Below, one piece after another: positions 56,945 to 64,000 of a stretch of 64,000 bases of DNA (position 1 is the stretch's first letter; each line of letters starts with the position of its first letter). The DNA is from an uncultured Acidobacteriaceae bacterium. GTDB taxonomy: Bacteria; Acidobacteriota; Terriglobia; Terriglobales; Acidobacteriaceae. The notes under the pieces are model-generated. The model did not search any database. It was given only the letters and a program-made list of their open reading frames with translations, and was not told the DNA's origin. The DNA is taken from assembly GCA_963804295.1 (NCBI GenBank), contig CAWDQS010000031.1, positions 54,139 through 118,138 of the forward strand, given 5' to 3'. A program made the translations under genes and the position numbers.

Positions 56945-57853
56945 CTAGCGCACCGCGCTCAGGTCGAGCTTGAGCAACTTGGCGGGGTCGAGGTACGCGC
57001 CCTGCCAGCGGACGGCCCAGTGCAGATGCGGGCCGGTGACGCGGCCGGTGGCGCCACTCAAGCCCAGCCGATCGCCGCGCGCGACATGCTGGCCGACGCG
57101 CACTTTTATCCGGCTCAGGTGCATGGAAAGTGTGAAGAGTCCCATCCCATGATCGATGATCACGGTGTTACCTGCATAGTAGAGCGAGTGGGCAAGCACC
57201 ACGACGCCGCTATTGCTGGCGTGCACGGGCGTTCCGGGCGCGGCGCGAAAATCCAGCCCCTTGTGATTGCTGGCCAGCGTGCCGTTGAAGATGCGGCGCG
57301 TGCCGAATCGTTCGGATTGCGGAGCGTCGACGGGCACGCGGAAGTTGCCCTTCCACAGTGGTTCCAGTGCGCTGGAGGCATAGATTTTTTCAGTGAGCAA
57401 CTGGTCGGCAGCGATTTGTTTGAGCGCCTCGGGGCCGGGCTGGACGTACTGCGGCGCCACGGTGAGCGAGCTGGTGGGGTAATGGGAGGGATGAACACGG
57501 ATGGTGCGCCTCAGGGTGTGCGCGCCGCCTTTTGCGTCATGGATGGTTATCTTCAATTCAGACGGCCCGTTGGGAGCCTCGACATCGACGCCAGCCAGCG
57601 CAAACCACCCGTGGCCGTTCAGCCCGCGAAAAAACTCCAGCTTGCGGTCCAGCCACTCGCCGTCAATGGTGGCGGCATTGGCCGCCTCTAAGCGAATCAA
57701 CTCTGGGGAACCTGCAATAACCACCGCGGGAGTCAACGAAACGGCGGGAGATTGGGCGTGAACCGCGCTCAGCGCGAATGCCGACAAGCAAAGGAGAGAG
57801 AATGGGGCCCTGTTTGTCCTGAGAAATGGAGAAAATAGCATCTTCTTCAGCAT
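56945..57853 (-). CDS. M23 family metallopeptidase
   Basis: It carries HKGLDFRAAPGTPV, IIDHGMGLFTLSMHL and GATGRVTGPHLHW. I trimmed the start to ATG 57853 to avoid overlap with the Sel1 gene. Confidence 0.85.
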   Translation of the reverse strand: MLKKMLFSPFLRTNRAPFSLLCLSAFALSAVHAQSPAVSLTPAVVIAGSPELIRLEAANAATIDGEWLDRKLEFFRGLNGHGWFALAGVDVEAPNGPSELKITIHDAKGGAHTLRRTIRVHPSHYPTSSLTVAPQYVQPGPEALKQIAADQLLTEKIYASSALEPLWKGNFRVPVDAPQSERFGTRRIFNGTLASNHKGLDFRAAPGTPVHASNSGVVVLAHSLYYAGNTVIIDHGMGLFTLSMHLSRIKVRVGQHVARGDRLGLSGATGRVTGPHLHWAVRWQGAYLDPAKLLKLDLSAVR

Positions 57854-57884
57854 ACCGTGTTTGATTAAGGCTGCGGAACGCCTG

Positions 57885-58487
57885 TTATTCGCTGATGGCA
57901 GGACGCGGATGAGCGGCAATCCATGCGGCCACGCGATCCTGGACTTCTTCAAGCTGACCAGTGGTGATGTGGGTTCCGACCAACTGGCGGCTGGCGGCGT
58001 ACTTCTCCTGATTTGGCCCCTTGACGGACGCGGCTAGATCAAGCCAGTAGTAAGCCTCCATGTCGTCGTGCGGAACGCCTTGGCCGATGGAGTAGAGCAC
58101 GCCGAGAGTAGCTTGCGCTGTCACGTCTCCCTGCTCGGCGGCCTTGCGATACCACTCGACGGCCTGCGCCATGTCGCGGGGAAAGCCCTTGCCGCCGTCG
58201 CGATAGAGCGCCGCAAGATGCATCTGGCCGGCAATGGACCCCTGATTGACCGCTTTGCGATACCATTCGATGGCTTGCATGTAGTACTCAACTGACTGCA
58301 TGGGGTTATGTGGAACCGCGTCGCCCGCCGCACGGCTGTTGTCTCCCAACTGCACCTGAGCGGCCGCGTCGCCGGCGTTGGCTTTGGCCAGAAGGGCGGG
58401 ATCGATGGCTGGGGTCTGCGCACTTGCCGACAGCAGAGCCGACGCAACGATCATGATCTGGACCATTTGCTTCCAGTACGTTCTCAT
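57885..58487 (-). CDS. Sel1-repeat (SLR/TPR-like) secreted protein
   Basis: It has a signal peptide and repeated Sel1 units (AIEWYRKAVNQG, AVEWYRKAAEQGDVTAQATLGVLY). ATG 58487 follows GAGG; the track start at 58502 is TTG. Confidence 0.85.
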   Translation of the reverse strand: MRTYWKQMVQIMIVASALLSASAQTPAIDPALLAKANAGDAAAQVQLGDNSRAAGDAVPHNPMQSVEYYMQAIEWYRKAVNQGSIAGQMHLAALYRDGGKGFPRDMAQAVEWYRKAAEQGDVTAQATLGVLYSIGQGVPHDDMEAYYWLDLAASVKGPNQEKYAASRQLVGTHITTGQLEEVQDRVAAWIAAHPRPAISE

Positions 58488-58799
58488 AGCTGCCTCGATC
58501 AATTATCGAAAACAATAGCAGATTCTGGCGGATCAGGCTCTCCAGTATTTAAAGATAGGCTGAAGTAAAGCCAAACGCGGAACGCCAGCTTCGTCACTAG
58601 CCACAAACGGGCTTCCTCTTCCGGCACGGCACCAGAGCCGGTAGAAGGCAGCGAAGAAGTGTAAAGTGGAATGATTTTGTAGGGCATAAACAACTCTGCC
58701 GACTCATCAAGACGGCGGCAGAGTTGGAGCGCGATCTGGGTGTATACGCATGCTCAATGATCACCCTGAACTTACCGTAAGTCTAATGTATGGTCTAAC

Positions 58800-58828
58800 T
58801 TGACCATTGACAAAAATGTTCTTAAAGT
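58800..58828 (+). promoter_or_regulatory. possible glyA promoter
   Basis: TTGACC, a 17-nt spacer and TAAAGT, located 80 bp upstream of the glyA ATG. Confidence 0.3.
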
Positions 58829-58908
58829 CTTCTCATAATAGCCATAACGTATCTCATGAGGAAAAGGTGAAGGTGTGTCTTTTCAGGTAAACGAGATAGA
58901 ATTTCATC

Positions 58909-60171
58909 ATGACTGATCGCATGAATTTGACCCTTGCCCAGGCCGACCCGGAAGTTGCCGCAGCCCTTGCCCATGAAACTCTCCGCCAGCACGAGGGGCT
59001 GGAGATGATTGCCAGCGAAAACTTTGTTTCCGAGGCGGTGCTGGAAGCGGCCGGCTCCATCTTCACCAACAAATATGCCGAGGGGTACCCCGGACGGCGC
59101 TACTACGGCGGGTGCGAGTTCGCCGACGTGGTGGAGAACCTGGCGCGGGAGCGGGCCAAGCAGATCTTCGGCGCGGAGCACGTCAACGTGCAGCCGCACT
59201 CCGGCTCGCAGGCCAACGCCGCGGCCTATGCGGCGGTCTTGCAGCCGGGAGACACGATTCTGGGGCTGGACCTATCGCATGGCGGGCACCTGACGCACGG
59301 GCACAAGCTGAGCTTCAGCGGCAAGCTCTTCCGGCCGACCTTTTATGGCGTACGCAAAGATACGGAAATGATTGACTACGACGAGCTGGAGTCAATTGCC
59401 GAACGCGAGAAGCCCAAGGTGATCATCGGCGGCGGCAGCGCCTATCCGCGGCTGTGGGATTTCGCGCGCATGAGGCAGATTGCCGACAAGGTGGGTGCGA
59501 CGTACATCTTCGACATGGCGCACATTGCCGGCCTGGTGGCGGGTGGCGTGCATCCCTCGCCTGTGCCGCACGCGCAGATTACCACGACCACCACGCACAA
59601 GACGTTGCGTGGGCCGCGCTCGGGACTGATTCTCTGCGGGCAGGCGTTGGCCGCCGCGGTGGACAAGGCGGTCTTTCCCGGCCAACAGGGCGGGCCGCTG
59701 GTGCATATCGTGGCCGCCAAAGCGGTGGCGCTGGGCGAGGCGCTGCGGCCGGAGTTCAAGAGCTATGCCGCGCAGATTGTGGTCAATGCCAAAGTGCTGG
59801 CGCAGGCGCTCAAAGAGGCCGGCTACCGTATCGTCTCCGGCGGAACGGACAACCATCTGATGCTGGTGGATGTTTTCCAGAAGGGCATTCTGGGCTCGGA
59901 GGCGGAACTGGCGCTGGGCAAGGCGGGTATCACGGTGAACAAAAACACGATTCCCTACGACACCAATCCGCCGCTCAAGGCTTCGGGGATTCGAGTAGGC
60001 ACGCCGGCGCTGACCACACGCGGGATGAAGGAGGCGGAGATGGTGGTGATTGCCGCATGGATCGCCAAGGCGCTGGAGAAACGCAACGACGATGCGGCGC
60101 TGGAGGGGATTCGCAAAGAGGTGGCCGAACTGGCCAACCGCTTCTCTTTGTATGCGTGGCTGCGGGACTAG
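58909..60171 (+). CDS. glyA: serine hydroxymethyltransferase
   Basis: It carries [24 protein letters not shown] and the PLP site [12 protein letters not shown]. Confidence 0.95.
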   Translation: MTDRMNLTLAQADPEVAAALAHETLRQHEGLEMIASENFVSEAVLEAAGSIFTNKYAEGYPGRRYYGGCEFADVVENLARERAKQIFGAEHVNVQPHSGSQANAAAYAAVLQPGDTILGLDLSHGGHLTHGHKLSFSGKLFRPTFYGVRKDTEMIDYDELESIAEREKPKVIIGGGSAYPRLWDFARMRQIADKVGATYIFDMAHIAGLVAGGVHPSPVPHAQITTTTTHKTLRGPRSGLILCGQALAAAVDKAVFPGQQGGPLVHIVAAKAVALGEALRPEFKSYAAQIVVNAKVLAQALKEAGYRIVSGGTDNHLMLVDVFQKGILGSEAELALGKAGITVNKNTIPYDTNPPLKASGIRVGTPALTTRGMKEAEMVVIAAWIAKALEKRNDDAALEGIRKEVAELANRFSLYAWLRD

Positions 60172-60365
60172 CCGTCCAGTCGCAGGGCGCTTGCAGGGGC
60201 GAAATGGATGGGACACATGGCGTGACTGCGGTGCTAGGTCACCCATTATTAAACATCAATCATGGAGAGAAGCTGGTCTCGGACAGGACGAATTCAACCT
60301 CCGGTTACAGATCAGGCGATGTCGGAGCTAGCGCGCCAGAGGAAACTTCATTCGCTTCAACAATT

Positions 60366-60701
60366 ATGGATTTCTGGTCCTTTCGAGGAAGAATCGGCCG
60401 GAAAATATTTTGGATCGAGTCGATATTGCTCTTCATTTTCTCTTTGATCTTCTATGTCTGAGCAGTTCTGTCCGGGTTTGTCAAAAACGATATACCCACT
60501 TCCAATTTGATCTGGATTCCCGTACTTGCGATGTCGTGGATCAATCTAGCCGCGACAGTTAAGCGGTGGTAAGATCTTAACCATTCCGGCTGGATGACAT
60601 TACTCAACTTCGCCGTTATTCCAATCCCTTTCACGTTCATCTACACATATTTCTTCAGGGGGACAAGAGGGCCTAACCGATTCGGTACCGATCCGATTTA
60701 G
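60366..60701 (+). pseudogene. DUF805 family membrane protein gene with two in-frame stop codons
   Basis: A single frame reads MDFWSFRGRIGRKIFWIESILLF...FYV, TGA (60459-61), ...AATVKRW, TAA (60570-72), then DLNHSGWMTLLNF...GPNRFGTDPI and TAG. The F.GR..R..FW and KR..D.N.SGW...NRFG.DP blocks are DUF805 hallmarks. Confidence 0.65.
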
Positions 60702-60710
60702 AGCAGGCAT

Positions 60711-60774
60711 ACCCTCCTCAGGGGCTAAAGCTTTAATCATATTGCCGCCTAATCGGCACGACTGAAGTCGTGCC
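60711..60774. repeat. REP-like element, compact copy (inverted orientation)
   Basis: CCTCAGGGGCTAAAGC is followed about 25 nt later by the perfect hairpin GGCACGAC-TGAA-GTCGTGCC (60755-60774). Confidence 0.7.
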
Positions 60775-60925
60775 CTGACACAAAGCTGGACTTAATCAGA
60801 AGTTCCCCCCAAAATCGCAACTTGCGAGGATGAGCCGGGTTATATTTAATGTTGTTGGAGATAGCCCGCCAGGGGAACAAGGACGGCTTAGAAAAGCAGT
60901 TCTACCTAGCGGGCATTCGGAGGAA

Positions 60926-61459
60926 ATGATGAAGACTATTCAGCTAGCATTGGCCACTTTGCTGGTTCTTTCCGTTCCAGCGTTCGCACAGCATCAAGGA
61001 GGGCAATCACATCCCGCGGGCGGTGGAGGGCATCAGGCGATCCCGTCGCACGGGCCCAAGGCGTTCACCGGCACACCCCACGTGGCCGAGCCTCAGCGCA
61101 ACTATAGCGATCAGGCCGGTCACCCCAGCGCTCCGCACGTCGATGGCAAGAACTGGGTGGGCCACGACACAGGCCGCGGCGACGCAAACTATCATCTTGA
61201 TCATCCCTTCGCGCATGGCCGCTTTACCGGCGGCTTTGGACGCGGGCACGTATGGCGTCTGGGCGGAGGTGGCCCCGGCCGGTTCTGGTTCAACGGCTGG
61301 TACTGGGACGTTGCCGCCTTTGACGTTGCCTTCTGCTACGGCTGGCTATGGGACTCCGACCAGATTGTGATCTATGAAGACCCAGACCACGAGGGTTTGT
61401 ACCTGGCCTACAACGTGCGCCTCGGCACTTATGTGCATGTGGAGTATCTGGGTACATAA
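60926..61459 (+). CDS. hypothetical secreted His/Gly-rich protein
   Basis: ATG 60926 follows GGAGGA. It has a signal peptide ([22 protein letters not shown]). A textbook terminator follows the gene. Confidence 0.6.
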   Translation: MMKTIQLALATLLVLSVPAFAQHQGGQSHPAGGGGHQAIPSHGPKAFTGTPHVAEPQRNYSDQAGHPSAPHVDGKNWVGHDTGRGDANYHLDHPFAHGRFTGGFGRGHVWRLGGGGPGRFWFNGWYWDVAAFDVAFCYGWLWDSDQIVIYEDPDHEGLYLAYNVRLGTYVHVEYLGT

Positions 61460-61495
61460 TCCGGCAGAAATACGAAAACACGTTCAATTCAGAGA

Positions 61496-61528
61496 GGGGA
61501 CAGGCGGCGATGCCTGTCCCCGTTTTTG
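61496..61528 (+). terminator. intrinsic terminator
   Basis: The stem GGGGACAGGC / GCCTGTCCCC with loop GGCGAT is followed by GTTTTTG. Confidence 0.8.
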
Positions 61529-61668
61529 CGCCTGAATCCGTTGCAATGGGCGGAACTCTATCTGTTGGCGGGCCAAGCGTTAGAATAAGTTGTTTGCGAG
61601 CTGTTGCCGCAATGCGCGATGAAATGCAGCCATGGCCCCAGCAATGATCAAAATGACGAGGTTCTGAA

Positions 61669-63594
61669 ATGAAGCGTCTGTCTGTTTGCCTGCCCGCACA
61701 CACGATTGTCCGGATCACCCGCAATTTTGCTCTTGCCGCAATTGCCGCCATGCTGCTTGGCGTCACAGCTTCCTGGGCGGCGCCTGCTCCCGCGCCGATT
61801 ATCCTAACTGGCGCAGATCGAAGGCCGGCTATCTCGCTCAATGGCGAGTGGGCGGTTATCGTCGACCCTTACTTCGCCGGGTTGGTGAGCTTTCATGGCG
61901 GTGAGAAGAAGGACGGCTATTTTCTCAACCGCAAGGCTCAGCTTGGCGATGCATTTCCTACCCAATATGATTTTTCCAAGGCGACGACGCTGAAAGTTCC
62001 CGGTGACTGGAATATGCAGCGCGAGTCGCTATATTACTATGAGGGGCCGATCTGGTATGAGAAGGATTTCACTTATCAGCCGAAGGAGCATACGCGCGTC
62101 TTTCTGCACGTGGGCGCGGCCAACTATAAGTCATGGTTCTGGGTGAACGGCGTAAAGGTCTGCGAGCACGAAGGAGGGTACACCAGCTTCAACTGCGAAG
62201 TGACGGCGGCGATTCATGCGGGAAGTAACTTTGTGGTGGCTGCCGTGGATAACACGCGCCACGAAGACGGCGTGCCAACTCTGCAAACCGATTGGTGGAA
62301 CTATGGCGGGCTGACGCGCTCGGTGTCGCTGATTGAGCTGCCGGAGACATTTATCGATCAGTATGATGTGCATTTATCCAAAGACCAGGAGATAGTACTG
62401 TCGTCTAAAGCCCCGGAACCAACTCTGCCCAGCTCCATCCAACTCGAACACATCGTAGGCTGGGTGCATGTGCAGGGCGGCAAAGTTGGCGACACTGTGC
62501 GGGTTGATATACCCGAACTGAAATCCACCGGGTCTGGAGTTCTGGCAGCGGATGGACGCGCGCAATTCCATTTGGTTGCATCGACCTTGCAGCGCTGGTC
62601 GCCGGAGACGCCAAAGCAATACAAGGTCAAGATCAGCGCTGGTCAGGATTCAATTGACGAACTAATCGGTCTCCGCACGGTGGAAGTGCGCGGGACTGAA
62701 ATCCTGCTGAATGGAAAGCCGATATTTTTGCGTGGCGTGTGCATTCATGCCGAGGCGCCCTATCGCACGGGCAGGGCTTATTCAGACAAAGACGCGGAGA
62801 CGCTGCTGGGCTGGGCGAAAGAAATGGGATCTAACTTTGTGCGGCTGGCGCACTATCCGCACGATGAGACCATGCTGAGAGCGGCGGACAGAATGGGGTT
62901 GCTGGTGTGGTCGGAGAATCCGGTTTATTGGGCATTGCAGTTTGACAATCCCAAGGTGCTGGATAAGGCCGAGCAGCAGTTATACGAAGAAATCGGGACC
63001 TCGCGCAATCACGCGTCGATTATTTTGTGGTCGATGGCCAACGAAACGCCCAACACCGAGGCCCGTACGAAATTTATCTCGACCGAGGCGGCCTATGCGC
63101 GGCAACTTGATCCCACGCGGCTGATTACCGCGGCGCTGCTGGTGCGCGCCGAGGGAGATACAAAGATTGTGGATGACCCGCTGGGCAAGGCACTGGACGT
63201 GATCGGCGCCAACGAGTATATCGGATGGTATGAGAAGAAGCCGGAGACAGCCGACATCACCCAGTGGCGTATCGATTATCAAAAGCCCGTGATCATGAGT
63301 GAGTTTGGCGGTGAAGCCAAGGCCGGGTTGCATGGCGGAGAAAACGATCGCTGGACAGAGGAGTTTCAGGCGAATATCTACAGGCATCAACTGGAAATGC
63401 TGAACCGGATTCCGCAACTCAGAGGTATGAGTCCGTGGGTATTGGTGGATTTTCGCTCGCCGAACCGGCCGCTGGCTGGGATCCAGGATGAGTTCAACCG
63501 CAAGGGACTTATCTCCGAGCAAGGCAAGAAAAAACAGGCGTATTTCATTTTGCAGAAAGCTTACAAGGAGAAAAGCGTAGGCAAGCCGGAATGA
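61669..63594 (+). CDS. glycoside hydrolase family 2 (beta-glucuronidase/beta-galactosidase-like)
   Basis: It has a signal peptide, a sugar-binding N-terminal domain (SLNGEWAV) and TIM-barrel motifs (VRLAHYPHDE, WSMANE as acid/base, NEYIGWY, MSEFGGEA as nucleophile). Confidence 0.88.
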   Translation: MKRLSVCLPAHTIVRITRNFALAAIAAMLLGVTASWAAPAPAPIILTGADRRPAISLNGEWAVIVDPYFAGLVSFHGGEKKDGYFLNRKAQLGDAFPTQYDFSKATTLKVPGDWNMQRESLYYYEGPIWYEKDFTYQPKEHTRVFLHVGAANYKSWFWVNGVKVCEHEGGYTSFNCEVTAAIHAGSNFVVAAVDNTRHEDGVPTLQTDWWNYGGLTRSVSLIELPETFIDQYDVHLSKDQEIVLSSKAPEPTLPSSIQLEHIVGWVHVQGGKVGDTVRVDIPELKSTGSGVLAADGRAQFHLVASTLQRWSPETPKQYKVKISAGQDSIDELIGLRTVEVRGTEILLNGKPIFLRGVCIHAEAPYRTGRAYSDKDAETLLGWAKEMGSNFVRLAHYPHDETMLRAADRMGLLVWSENPVYWALQFDNPKVLDKAEQQLYEEIGTSRNHASIILWSMANETPNTEARTKFISTEAAYARQLDPTRLITAALLVRAEGDTKIVDDPLGKALDVIGANEYIGWYEKKPETADITQWRIDYQKPVIMSEFGGEAKAGLHGGENDRWTEEFQANIYRHQLEMLNRIPQLRGMSPWVLVDFRSPNRPLAGIQDEFNRKGLISEQGKKKQAYFILQKAYKEKSVGKPE

Positions 63595-63677
63595 GATAGC
63601 CGATTTTGCGCAGGCATGGGATGAAGAATTGACTTGCAAAAGTTGTGCATGAGTAGATTTGTGAGTTATGCTGAGTT

Positions 63678-63911
63678 ATGGCTATTGACTCAATTATTGC
63701 ACTCATCGACGCCGAGATTGCCAGCCTCACACAGGTTCGCTCCCTGCTGGCCAGCACCGGCAAAGTTGCCGTCAAGGTAACAGAGCCCAAACACGGGAAA
63801 GCAGCGAAGGCCCCAAAGGCGAGAAAGAAGCGCCGCAAATTGAGCGCCGAAGCGCGCAAGCGGATTGCGGATGCGCAGCGTAAGCGCTGGGCTGCACAGA
63901 AGGCCAAGTAA
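63678..63911 (+). CDS. small basic hypothetical protein
   Basis: The 77-aa product has a helical N-terminus and a K/R-rich C-terminus (KARKKRRKLSAEARKRIADAQRKRWAAQKAK). A GC-rich hairpin lies downstream. Confidence 0.45.
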   Translation: MAIDSIIALIDAEIASLTQVRSLLASTGKVAVKVTEPKHGKAAKAPKARKKRRKLSAEARKRIADAQRKRWAAQKAK

Positions 63912-64000
63912 GGCAGCGGAGCGAAGGTCATCTGCTCCGCGCGGCAGATTAACTCCATCCGCCGCGTCAAGCTATCGTCCTGCGATCACCAGCATGCGCG

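Noticed and set aside
58503-58908. Possible riboswitch (ZTP, THF or glycine-type) in the 400-bp glyA upstream region, including the hairpin AACTCTGCCG...CGGCAGAGTT at about 58693-58727.
   Set aside because: I could not find the conserved cores I remember (for example the ZTP CCGCCUGGGC pseudoknot element). The hairpin alone is not diagnostic. An Rfam scan would settle it.
27656-60572. In-frame TAA/TGA codons in two genes, considered as evidence of stop-codon reassignment or programmed read-through.
   Set aside because: All well-supported genes in the window terminate at ordinary TAA, TGA or TAG codons at homology-consistent positions. Only these two accessory genes are affected, so pseudogenisation or sequencing error is the simpler explanation.
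1-64000. Search for tRNA, rRNA, tmRNA, RNase P, SRP and 6S RNA genes, and for integrase or transposase genes.
   Set aside because: I recognised none by eye in any intergenic region. This is a weak negative without tRNAscan or Infernal.

Overview
High-GC (high-50s % by eye) chromosomal segment with about 55 protein genes. I found no rRNA, tRNA, CRISPR array, transposase or integrase. The content is mostly housekeeping and origin-proximal: rsmG, parA-parB preceded by two parS sites, dnaN, polA, recG, xseA, tmk, queA, trmFO, glmM, glyA, folC, accD, plsC, acpS, nadD, rsfS, rlmH and cobO. A 1378-aa CarboxypepD_reg-type TonB-like outer-membrane protein, a YXWGXW-repeat protein, TPR/Sel1 proteins and the style of the dispersed REP elements suggest an Acidobacteriota-like genome (inference only). 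The ORF track uses ATG/GTG/TTG starts and often over-extends N-termini, so I trimmed starts where an RBS or a homology-like N-terminus supports it. Points worth a second look: (1) rsmG and parAB are split by about 2.9 kb carrying a DUF3788-like gene and a DNA methyltransferase fused to an Mrr-like PD-(D/E)xK domain. That gene is broken by a single in-frame TAA and bracketed by REP modules. (2) A convergent 500-bp spacer (38642-39143) holds phased A-tracts, a TTGACA-17-TAGTAT promoter and an intrinsic terminator, which together define a candidate ~86-nt sRNA. (3) dnaN has no dnaA upstream; instead there is a 690-bp region with same-orientation DnaA-box-like words and an AT-rich stretch, a candidate oriC. 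Weaker clusters lie upstream of parA and downstream of parB. (4) There are two dispersed repeat families: a GGCACGAC-N4-GTCGTGCC / GGCTTTAGCCCC REP, and CAGCNNN heptad arrays, one pair forming an inverted structure. An 11-mer also recurs three times. (5) Unusual protein architectures include RsfS with a histone-H1-like K/A/P tail, an alpha/beta-hydrolase-FKBP-unknown fusion, an orphan wHTH-AAA+ ATPase, a RecG insertion and a DUF805 pseudogene with two in-frame stops. I could not identify a clear multi-gene novel system. Family names are from memory and unverified, and none of the above has been checked against a database.
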